Source: Pseudomonadota bacterium
Lineage (GTDB): Bacteria > Myxococcota_A > UBA9042
Direction of reading: 5' to 3'
NCBI GenBank assembly: GCA_005792545.1
Contig: SXRM01000319.1
Span: 696-64,695 of the forward strand
Length of the DNA stretch: 64,000 nucleotides
Of the stretch, positions 7,724 through 15,985 are shown piece after piece. The notes beneath the pieces were generated by a model. That model was given only the letters and a program-made list of their open reading frames with translations, ran no database searches and was not told the origin of the DNA. Position numbers and translations under genes: made by a program. Within the stretch, counting starts at the first letter, position 1, and each line of letters begins with the position of its first letter.

Positions 7724-9271
7724 ATGCGAACCAGCGGCGCGACAAAGCAGCGAGGCGCCGCCTGGTTTGCGGTTTGCCTCGCCGTCACCGTTTGGGGCTG
7801 CGGCGAGGACGCTTCCGTCACGCCAACGCTGTCGGCCGGTACGGCAGGCGATGCCGGCGTAGGCGAAGCGCCAGTGGCGCAAGACGGCGCATCTTTGGAC
7901 CAGGCCGCCCTCGATGTGGGCACTTCGATTTCGGACAGCGACGTTGCGACCGGGCAAGACGCGACAGTCACAACCGACGACAGCGACGGCGCGGTCGGCG
8001 AGGCCGCAGCGGTCGACGTCGAGGTGGCTGCCGCAGACGGCCAGACCGGCGAAGATGGCGCATCCAGCGATGGGCTGGCCGACGGCCTCGCCGACGCGAC
8101 AGCAGCCGACCAGGCGATCGCGGACCAAACTGCCAGCGATCAGACTGTCGCAGACGCGTTGCAAGCGGACGCGCTACAAGATACTGCCGCGGACATCCCT
8201 TCCGGTGCTGCGGATGGAGGCGACGGCGCCGGTACTGAGTGCCCCAAGCTCTGCAATGGCGGCTGCGGCGGCGGCGTGTGCCACATCGTCAACGCGCAAT
8301 ACCCGATTTGCCCCGACGGCATGCCGTGCGAGGTGGTGTGCAACGTCGCCAACGCCTGCCCGACGCCGGTGGTGTGCGGCAACGGTCCGTGCACGGTCAT
8401 CTGTGGCGGCAACGGCGCCGTTGGCACCTGCAAAGGCACGGTCATCTGCAAGAACGCGCCGAGCTGCGACATCACCTGCAACGGCACCGACGCCTGCGCG
8501 GGCAAGGTGTTCTGCGGCATGGGCACCTGCAAGATCGCGTGCGGCACCAATGGCGCCATCGGCACCTGCAAGGGCGGCACCGACTGCAGCCTGGCCAAGA
8601 CCTGCGACGTCGCCTGCACCGGCAGCTACGCGTGCAAGGGCACGGTCGCCTGCGGCGGCAAGTGCAAGGTCGCCTGCGGCGCGACCGGCGGGGTCGGCAC
8701 CTGCGAGGGCGGCATCGACTGCGCCGACGGCGACAGCTGTGACCTGCAGTGCGTCGGCATGTATGCGTGCAAGGGCGACGTCGAGTGCGGCAGCGGCCCT
8801 TGCACGGTGGCCTGCGGAATGGGCGGCGGCGCGGCCACTTGTGGGGCCAATGTGCGCTGCAACGACGCCCCGACTTGCAAGGTCGATTGCCACGGCAGCA
8901 ATGCCTGCGGTGGCCAGGTCGAATGCGGCACCAGCGACTGCAACGTCAACTGCGGCGCAGGCGGTGCCATTGGCACATGCGGCGGCGGCATCGACTGCAC
9001 CGACGGCAAGTCGTGCAAGCTCAGCTGCCTGGGCAGCAACGCCTGCGCGGGTGGTCAGGTCGAATGTGGCCAGGGTCCGTGCCAGATCGCCTGCGGAGCC
9101 AAGCCCTCTGCCGGTTCAGGGCAGTGCAAGAACGTCGATTGCTCCAATGCTTGCGCCTGTGAAGTCAGCTGCGCCGGGCTCAACAGCTGCAAAAGCCTGA
9201 TTTGCCCGGCGGGCTGCGCCGGTGGCAGCGGGTGCTCGGCGTTGTCCAAGACCTGCAACGCCTGTCCGTAG
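7724..9271 (+). CDS. cysteine-rich tandem-repeat lipoprotein (unclassified repeat family)
   Basis: ATG at 7724 gives the signal MRTSGATKQRGAAWFAVCLAVTVWGC (lipobox). An acidic D/A/T-rich linker follows. Then come six tandem ~46-aa units with 8 Cys each, roughly nt 8327-9150. I counted 62 Cys in the C-terminal ~340 aa. The gene starts 22 nt after the kinase stop. Confidence 0.8.
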   Translation: MRTSGATKQRGAAWFAVCLAVTVWGCGEDASVTPTLSAGTAGDAGVGEAPVAQDGASLDQAALDVGTSISDSDVATGQDATVTTDDSDGAVGEAAAVDVEVAAADGQTGEDGASSDGLADGLADATAADQAIADQTASDQTVADALQADALQDTAADIPSGAADGGDGAGTECPKLCNGGCGGGVCHIVNAQYPICPDGMPCEVVCNVANACPTPVVCGNGPCTVICGGNGAVGTCKGTVICKNAPSCDITCNGTDACAGKVFCGMGTCKIACGTNGAIGTCKGGTDCSLAKTCDVACTGSYACKGTVACGGKCKVACGATGGVGTCEGGIDCADGDSCDLQCVGMYACKGDVECGSGPCTVACGMGGGAATCGANVRCNDAPTCKVDCHGSNACGGQVECGTSDCNVNCGAGGAIGTCGGGIDCTDGKSCKLSCLGSNACAGGQVECGQGPCQIACGAKPSAGSGQCKNVDCSNACACEVSCAGLNSCKSLICPAGCAGGSGCSALSKTCNACP

Positions 9272-9321
9272 CGCTGGCTGATCGTGCTGCGCTCAAGGCA
9301 GCCAGCAGTGGACCAAGTAGG

Positions 9322-9544
9322 CTAGTAGGCGAAACCCGAAGTTCGCGTTGGAATGGCGTTTGGTTTGATGGAGGAAATTCGGCGTATATTTCGCCTACTA
9401 GCAGCTTGTTTCGTCAAGGGGGCTCGCCGCCCCCTCGCGCGCGTCGGCGCGCTCACCCCTGCCTGCGGCCGCAGCGGCGGCCGCGCGCACTTCGCCCTTG
9501 TTGCGCGGCGGAACCCGCCGCGAACTTCGGGCCGGAAGTACTAG
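9322..9544. repeat. nested inverted repeats / MITE-like 223-bp element in a convergent intergenic region
   Basis: CTAGTAGGCGAAA (9322-9334) is perfectly complementary to TTTCGCCTACTAG (9389-9401). CCCGAAGTTCGCG (9335-9347) is perfectly complementary to CGCGAACTTCGGG (9519-9531). The outer ends are CTAGTA...TACTAG. The 26-nt termini match at 19 of 26 positions. The interior is noticeably AT-richer than its surroundings. Confidence 0.6.
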
Positions 9545-12500
9545 GCGACGGCGCGCTCAATGTGCAGCACTGCGCCGTGACCCGCGACGTCGAGCGGGTC
9601 CGCGATGGCGGGCACGACGGTACAGTCCAGACGCAAGGCAAGCGCCTCGTCGCGCAGCCAGCTGCCGTGGGCTGTCGCGGCGGCGGCGAGCGCTTGCGAT
9701 GCGGTCTCGAGGCGCACGACAATGCGGTCCTGCACATCGAGGCCAGCCTCTTTGCGAGCGGTCTGGATGCGGCTCAGCAGCTCGCGGGCGAGGCCTTCGC
9801 CGCGCAGTTCGTCGTCCAATTCGGCGTCGAGCGCGACCGAAACCCGGCCCTCCACGGCGGTCAACAGCCCCGCGCGCGGCGTTGCACGGAACTCGACGTC
9901 ATCGAGAGCTAGCGATTCGCCGAGCACGGCCAGCGCGCCGTCGCGGGTCATCGCTGCTTGCGCCGCACAGACCTCGTCGGCGGACAGCGCGGCAAGCGCG
10001 GCGGCAACTTCTTTGGTCTTGCCACCCAGGCGCTTGGCCGCAGCCTTGAAATTGAGCCTCGCCGACCACTGCACGAACTGCCCGGGCCCTTGCGCGCTGA
10101 CTACGACGACCTTGATGTTCAGCTCGTCGGCGATCATGTCCTTGGCCACCGCGTCGTCGACCAAGCCATGCGCGGCGTCGGTCGCTCCGTCTTGCAGCGC
10201 AATGGTCAGTCGACGCAGCGGCTGGCGAACGTTGATCTTGGCCTGCTCGCGCAGGTTGCGACCCAGGCGCGCGACCGTGCGCACCAGCGCCATTTGCGCC
10301 TCGAGCGCCGTATCGATCTGCGCCGGATCCACTTGAGGAAAGCGCTCGAGATGGACGGAATCGGCGTCGGCGCGGGCCTCGAGGCGTTGGTACAGCAACT
10401 CGGCAAAGAACGGCAATATCGGCGCCAGCAGCCGCGAAAACGCCGTCAGCACCTCGTACAGCGTCTCGTAGGCCGCCTGCTTGTCGGCGTCGTCTTCGGT
10501 CTTCCAGAACCGGCGGCGGCTGCGGCGGATGTACCAGTTGGTCAGGTCGTCGACAAAGCCCAGCACCCGCGGAATCACGTTGTACAGGCGATACTGCGCC
10601 ATCTCGGCGTTGACGTCGGCCACCACGCTTTGCAGCACGCTCAGCACCCAGCGGTCGAGCAACTGCCGCGACGCTAGCGGCGACGGCTGGGCCGGCGGCG
10701 TCCAGCCATCGGCAACGGCGTAGGTCGCAAAAAAGCTGTACGAGTTCCACAGTGGCAGCAACACCGCGCGGACAACCTCGCGCACCCCGACCTCGGAAAA
10801 CCGCATCGGCTCGGCGCGCACGGCCGGCGAAGTCACCAGCAGCGCCCGCAGCGCATCGGCGCCATACTTGTTGAGCAGCTCGTTGGGATCTGGGTAGTTC
10901 TTGAGGCGCTTGCTCATCTTGGCGCCGTCTTCGGCGAGGATGAGGCCGTTGACGATGACGTTCTGAAACGCCGGCCGGTCGAACAGTGCGGTCGACAGCA
11001 CCAGCAGTGTGTAGAACCAGCCGCGCGTCTGGTCCAGACCCTCCGCGATGAACGCCGCGGGCAGGTTGCGCTCGACCAACTCCTTGTTCTCGAACGGGTA
11101 GTGGTTCTGCGCGTAGGGCATGCTGCCCGACTCGAACCAGCAGTCGAGCACCTCAGGCGTGCGTTGCAGCGTCGCGGCGCCGCATTGGGTGCAGGGCCAC
11201 TCGATCTGGTCGACAAAGTGTTTGTGCAGGTCGTGGACCTCGATGCCCGAGCGGGCGCGCAGTTCGGCGATGCTGCCGATGCACTCCAGGTGCCCGCAGC
11301 CCACGCACTGCCACACCGGCAGCGGCGTGCCCCAGAAGCGGTTGCGCGAGATCGCCCAGTCGCGCGCCTCGCGAATCCAGTTGCCAAAGCGCTTCTGGCC
11401 GACGTAGTCGGGCACCCAGCGGGTCTGCGCATTCAGTTCAGCCATGCGTTCGCGCAGTGGCCGCGCCTCAGACTCTGGTGCCACCGACTCGACACGCACG
11501 AACCAGGTCGGCATTGCCTTGTAGATAAGTGGCGTGCCCGAGCGCCAGCAAAACGGGTAGTCGTGGTCGATGGTCGCCTGGCGAAACAGCAGCCCGCGGT
11601 CTTTGAGGTCGCGCACGAGCAGCTTGTCGGCATCCTTGACAAAAAGCCCAACGATTTGCCCGCCGGCGATCGAGACCACGTCGCCGGTGAAGCGCCCTTC
11701 GCCGTCGACCGGATCGCGCATCGGCAGACCCCAGTGCAGGGCGACGCGGTGGTCGTCTTCGCCGAACGCCGGTGCGGTATGCACGATGCCGGTCTGCTCC
11801 TCGGCCACGTAGCCGTCCGAGACAACCCGAAACGCGCCATCGGCCGCCGCAGCGGCAAAGCTGTCGAACAAAGGCTGGTAGCGCCACCCCACCAGCTGTG
11901 CACCGGTAAGCGTTGCCAGCACCTCGTGTTCGCCGAGCAAGCCGCCGATGAGCGATGCCGCCGCCACGTAGGCCGGACCGCCAGCCTTGGCCCGCGCGAC
12001 CGCGTAGGTGATGTCGGGACCCACGCACAGCCCCATGTTCGACGGCAGCGTCCAAGGCGTGGTGGTCCACGCCAGCAGGAACACGCGGCCATCTTGCGCA
12101 CCCTTGCCCCAGGGCAGATCGGAGGTCACCTCGAACGCGGCAGTCACCGACGGGTCCTGGACTTTGCGGTAGTCCATGCCGGCTTCGAAGTTCGACAGCG
12201 GCGTGCCTAGGCGCCACGAATAGGGCATGACCTTGTGGCCGCGGTAGAGCAGCCCCTGGTCCCACAAGCGGCGGAACACCCACCACACGCTCTCCATGAA
12301 CGCGGGGTCCATGGTCTTGTAGTCGCGGTCGAAGTCGACCCAGCGGCCCATGCGCTCAACGGTCTGGCGCCATAGCGACGTATAGCGCAACACGATCGAC
12401 CGGCAAGCCTCGTTGTAGCGACCCACGCCGTAGGCGTGCACTTCGGTCGGCGACTTCAAGCCCAAGTCTTTCTCAATCTCCATCTCGACGGGAAGGCCGT

Positions 12501-12783
12501 GGCAGTCCCAGCCAAATCGCCGCTCGACCTTGTAGCCGCGCATCGCCCAGTAGCGCGGGACAATGTCTTTGAGGGTGCCGGCGAGCAGGTGGCCGTAGTG
12601 CGGCGTGCCGGTGGCAAACGGCGGGCCGTCGTAGAAAACGAAGTCGCCCTCGCCGCCGTCCCTGACCTGACGCGCAAACGTGTTGTGGCGCCGCCAGCGC
12701 TCGATCTGCTCCAGCTCGAGGGCCGCGAAATCCGGGGTCGATTCGGGCTTGCGAAAGCCGGGGTGCGCGGGTCGTGCGGCCAT
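9541..12783 (-). CDS. ileS: isoleucine--tRNA ligase, type 2 (eukaryote-like)
   Basis: ATG at 12783 (MAARPAHPGF...); the track's upstream extension is Ala/Arg-rich and implausible. Class I motifs PHYGHLLAG (HIGH) and KMSKRLKNYPDP (KMSKS). The latter context is typical of type-2 IleRS. Confidence 0.9.
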   Translation of the reverse strand: MAARPAHPGFRKPESTPDFAALELEQIERWRRHNTFARQVRDGGEGDFVFYDGPPFATGTPHYGHLLAGTLKDIVPRYWAMRGYKVERRFGWDCHGLPVEMEIEKDLGLKSPTEVHAYGVGRYNEACRSIVLRYTSLWRQTVERMGRWVDFDRDYKTMDPAFMESVWWVFRRLWDQGLLYRGHKVMPYSWRLGTPLSNFEAGMDYRKVQDPSVTAAFEVTSDLPWGKGAQDGRVFLLAWTTTPWTLPSNMGLCVGPDITYAVARAKAGGPAYVAAASLIGGLLGEHEVLATLTGAQLVGWRYQPLFDSFAAAAADGAFRVVSDGYVAEEQTGIVHTAPAFGEDDHRVALHWGLPMRDPVDGEGRFTGDVVSIAGGQIVGLFVKDADKLLVRDLKDRGLLFRQATIDHDYPFCWRSGTPLIYKAMPTWFVRVESVAPESEARPLRERMAELNAQTRWVPDYVGQKRFGNWIREARDWAISRNRFWGTPLPVWQCVGCGHLECIGSIAELRARSGIEVHDLHKHFVDQIEWPCTQCGAATLQRTPEVLDCWFESGSMPYAQNHYPFENKELVERNLPAAFIAEGLDQTRGWFYTLLVLSTALFDRPAFQNVIVNGLILAEDGAKMSKRLKNYPDPNELLNKYGADALRALLVTSPAVRAEPMRFSEVGVREVVRAVLLPLWNSYSFFATYAVADGWTPPAQPSPLASRQLLDRWVLSVLQSVVADVNAEMAQYRLYNVIPRVLGFVDDLTNWYIRRSRRRFWKTEDDADKQAAYETLYEVLTAFSRLLAPILPFFAELLYQRLEARADADSVHLERFPQVDPAQIDTALEAQMALVRTVARLGRNLREQAKINVRQPLRRLTIALQDGATDAAHGLVDDAVAKDMIADELNIKVVVVSAQGPGQFVQWSARLNFKAAAKRLGGKTKEVAAALAALSADEVCAAQAAMTRDGALAVLGESLALDDVEFRATPRAGLLTAVEGRVSVALDAELDDELRGEGLARELLSRIQTARKEAGLDVQDRIVVRLETASQALAAAATAHGSWLRDEALALRLDCTVVPAIADPLDVAGHGAVLHIERAVA

Positions 12784-12967
12784 GGAAGCTCCGGCGCGGC
12801 GAGCGGTGGCTCGCGCGGGCGCGGGATGGTAGGGGATGGGCGCAGTTGCGTCCACAGCCCTGCCGGCAGCAGCGAAATCCCCGCCCACGCTTGAATCGCC
12901 GGTTGCGCGCGACGTTGTTTGCGGCCAGAATTTGCCGCCCGCACCGCCGGGCCACCACTGAGGAACC

Positions 12968-13807
12968 ATGTCGACCACCCTGCCCCGCTTTGCCGCCCTG
13001 GCCGCGCTCGCGGCCGCCGCCGCCCTGCCACTGGTACCGCTCGCTGCCGAACCGCCTATCGCACTGCTCGATCCCGACGGCGACGACAATGGCCCTGGTG
13101 CCTACAAATACCCGACGGATGCCGCGTACAAGCCCAAGTCGTTCGACTTGAAGAAGTTGGAAGTGGTCGACAAGGGCGACGACATCGAATTGCGGGTGAC
13201 GTTGGCGACGACCATCGAGGACCCGTGGAACTCGACGACCTGGCCCGACGGCGGTGGCAACGGCTTCTCGTTGCAGTTCGTACAGGTGTACCTGGACACC
13301 GATCACCAGCCGGGCGCGGGCTTCACCCGGCCGCTACCGGGTCTGGGCAACGCGCAGTTTGAAGCCGCGGAAGCCTGGGACAAAGTGGTGCTGATCTCGC
13401 CGCAGCCGCGCGCGCGCCTTTCAGCCGAGGTCAAGGCCAAGGCTGGCAACTTGCGGGCCGGCGTGGTCATCCCCAAGACGACCAAGGCGAGCGGCAAGAC
13501 CCTGATTGCCGTCGTCAAGAAGGCCGACCTCGGCCAGCCGACCGCCAAGTGGGGCTATCAAGCGGTGGTGCAGTCCAACGAGGGCTTTCCGATCGAAAAG
13601 GACATCCTGACGCGCCCGGTCAACCAGACCGTCGGCCCGCATCGCTTTGGCGGCGGCGACGACGGCCCGTGTGATCCGCACGTCATCGACATCCTGGCGG
13701 GCGGCGGCAAGGGCGACCGCAGTGAGGTCGAGGCGCAGCACAAAGCGCTCAAGTACGCATGCGGCGGCAAAGTTGCGACCCTGCCGATGGTGTACCCGGC
13801 GCCGTAG
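12968..13807 (+). CDS. secreted protein with glucodextranase C-terminal (SLH-like binding module) -like domain
   Basis: Signal peptide MSTTLPRFAALAALAAAAALPLVPLAAEP. The block LLDPDGDDNGPGAYKYPTDAAYKPKSFDLKKLEVV...FSLQFVQVYLDTD resembles Pfam Glucodextran_C, recognised by eye. Confidence 0.6.
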   Translation: MSTTLPRFAALAALAAAAALPLVPLAAEPPIALLDPDGDDNGPGAYKYPTDAAYKPKSFDLKKLEVVDKGDDIELRVTLATTIEDPWNSTTWPDGGGNGFSLQFVQVYLDTDHQPGAGFTRPLPGLGNAQFEAAEAWDKVVLISPQPRARLSAEVKAKAGNLRAGVVIPKTTKASGKTLIAVVKKADLGQPTAKWGYQAVVQSNEGFPIEKDILTRPVNQTVGPHRFGGGDDGPCDPHVIDILAGGGKGDRSEVEAQHKALKYACGGKVATLPMVYPAP

Positions 13808-13884
13808 CCACAAGGCCAACACGCTAGGCGTCTGCGCGGTCCTGCGGTACAGTTCGCGCCCGCGCCCCCGCGCTAGGACCCGGG

Positions 13885-15837
13885 ATGTCTTGCCGCTTGC
13901 CAACCAACCAGCGACGCGTGTGGCGTTGGCATGCGCTGGCGGTTGTGGCGGCGTGTCTGTCGGCGCCTGCCTATGCCGATCTGGCTAAGTTCGAGATCGA
14001 CGGCCGGGTGTTTACCAAGCACCTGTACCAAAACGACGACAACCAGGGCCTGCTGTCGCTCGGCAACCCGTTCTGGCCCGACGATGTCGCCGGCCACAAT
14101 GGCATCGGCAGCGAGCTTGAGCTCATCTTTCGCGGCAAAGTTAGCCAGATGGCCGAAGCCGGCGCGCGCGTTGCCTCGCGGTTCGGCGAGCGCTGGCAGG
14201 ACTGGTGGGAATCAGGCGCCGCCTGGTACGACCGCAAGACCAACACCAGCGGCGACTCGGCGGGCATGAACCGGGCGAGCTACCTTAAGCTGCGCGGCTC
14301 GTACATCCAGTTGGCACCGGAGTTGGCGCACCTGGACTACGTGCGCATTGGGGCCAGCGACTTCTCGATGTTCAACCCGTGGACCATCGGCAAGGTCCGC
14401 TACATCGATCGCGACAACGGCCGCGGCTACTTCTTGGGCGGCAAGTTCGGTCAAGACAACGCGGGACAGTACTACCTCGCGGCCATCGCAATGCCCAAGC
14501 TATGGGTGGGTCCCAGCTGGTCGACTGGCATCGGCGACCCGGCGCTGTCGCAGGCCTTCTGGTCGCGCGATTGGGCGTATGCCGCGATGCTGCGCTACCG
14601 CGTCGCCGACACCACCACCGTACGCCTGGTCGGCGACGTCACCCAAGATCTGGAGGTCAACACAGCCGACCCAGACGCGGTCGGCAGCCGCAACCCGACC
14701 TGCAAGGACGGCCTCGGCAATGCCATCCCGGGCTGCGCGCCCGACCACGCGGTCGATCTACTCACGCGCTACGCAAGCCTCAACGCCACGTTCGATGTCG
14801 AGAGCGAGCCGCTCGACTGGCTGCGCATTCAGGGTCTGCTCGGCGTTTCTGCGCAGCGCATTGATCCGAAGCTCGCCGGCAACGGCGTGCAACTCAATCA
14901 GGGCGTCTACCCACTGGTCTACAAGGACACCGCCGACGTGGCAGGCACGCTGCGGCTGACCGCCACCGATCCGTTCGACCTCGGCTTGTCGTTGCAAGGC
15001 GAGTACTTCTACATTGGCCCGGAGTGGAACGCGATCTTCGGCGCGCGTCGCGAGGCCGACGTACTGCTGACCGACGGCCTGGTCGGTTCGGGCGGACAGC
15101 TGCCGACGCTCAATCTTGCTAACGAATTCGTGGACTTCGACGACGAGTGGGTCGAATCGTGCATCGGCTGGCACGGGGGCACCGGCGTGCTGACGCTCGA
15201 CAAGGGCGACACGCGGCTGCGCGCCGAGTTTACGCACATCGAATATGCGACCAACGGTCAGGACCGCGACGTCGACAGGATTTACCCCGATTTTCTGCAC
15301 GGTGACGGCTTTACCGACACCCTGGTGTACGACTACGCCAACGTCAGCGACCGCGGTCGCGACCCACGCAGCGTGTACAGGCGCAACCAGTTCCGGCGCA
15401 CCAACCTCGCGGTGGTGTCGCTCAAGCACCAATTCGAGGTCGGTGGTGGTTTGGACCTGGAAGTCAAAGGCAAGTACGTCCAAGACGTCGACTACCGCCG
15501 GCTCAACGGCGCTGGGGCGCTCGACGACGACTATTCCGGTGATATCACCAACTTGCGGATCAAGCTGTCGATGCCGGTTGCCGACGGACTGCGGCTAGGC
15601 GTGCATGGCCAGATCGATCACTGGGACGAGACCAACCGCAAAGGCACGCTGCAGCTGGGCTATGGTGACGACGTCACCGACCGTCAGGTCGCGGGCTTGA
15701 CGGCCAATCTGAGCTACGGCGGCGTGCGCTTTGCCTACCTGGTCGAGTATCTGCACAAGACTCAGGATCGCCAGCGCGAACCGGATCAGCTGTGGAATGT
15801 GTGGCGATCCAAGGCGGTTATCGAGGCGGCCTGGTAG
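13885..15837 (+). CDS. large outer-membrane beta-barrel protein (unclassified)
   Basis: Signal peptide ending SAPAYA-DL. Alternating aromatic/polar beta-strand-like pattern throughout. C-terminus is ...VIEAAW, an aromatic terminal residue typical of OMPs. 650 aa. Confidence 0.6.
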   Translation: MSCRLPTNQRRVWRWHALAVVAACLSAPAYADLAKFEIDGRVFTKHLYQNDDNQGLLSLGNPFWPDDVAGHNGIGSELELIFRGKVSQMAEAGARVASRFGERWQDWWESGAAWYDRKTNTSGDSAGMNRASYLKLRGSYIQLAPELAHLDYVRIGASDFSMFNPWTIGKVRYIDRDNGRGYFLGGKFGQDNAGQYYLAAIAMPKLWVGPSWSTGIGDPALSQAFWSRDWAYAAMLRYRVADTTTVRLVGDVTQDLEVNTADPDAVGSRNPTCKDGLGNAIPGCAPDHAVDLLTRYASLNATFDVESEPLDWLRIQGLLGVSAQRIDPKLAGNGVQLNQGVYPLVYKDTADVAGTLRLTATDPFDLGLSLQGEYFYIGPEWNAIFGARREADVLLTDGLVGSGGQLPTLNLANEFVDFDDEWVESCIGWHGGTGVLTLDKGDTRLRAEFTHIEYATNGQDRDVDRIYPDFLHGDGFTDTLVYDYANVSDRGRDPRSVYRRNQFRRTNLAVVSLKHQFEVGGGLDLEVKGKYVQDVDYRRLNGAGALDDDYSGDITNLRIKLSMPVADGLRLGVHGQIDHWDETNRKGTLQLGYGDDVTDRQVAGLTANLSYGGVRFAYLVEYLHKTQDRQREPDQLWNVWRSKAVIEAAW

Positions 15838-15985
15838 CGCGCGCAACCTGGGGCATGTCAAAGAATAACTCAGCCGATCTCGGCAGACGGCGGAGCGGCG
15901 AATCGGCTTGCCAAGACGCGAGCTTGCGACCCATTGAGCTGGCAAATGGGCGCCCGTAGAAAATCGGGTAGATTTTTTCGAGCTC

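Noticed and set aside
9353-9544. 63-aa ORF inside the inverted-repeat element
   Set aside because: It spans the AT-rich loop and GC-rich hairpins. Its composition is atypical and it has no ribosome-binding site. The region is better explained as structured non-coding DNA/RNA.
12784-13089. N-terminal extensions offered by the ORF track: ileS to 13089, def from 30546, FReD gene from 50923, mosaic lipoprotein from 52280, glgC to 48733, the 27968-30253 SMB/Cys-repeat lipoprotein gene from 27818
   Set aside because: The extensions are Arg/Pro/Ala-rich and overlap neighbouring genes or promoters. In each case an internal ATG gives a canonical N-terminus or signal peptide, often with a Shine-Dalgarno-like purine run.
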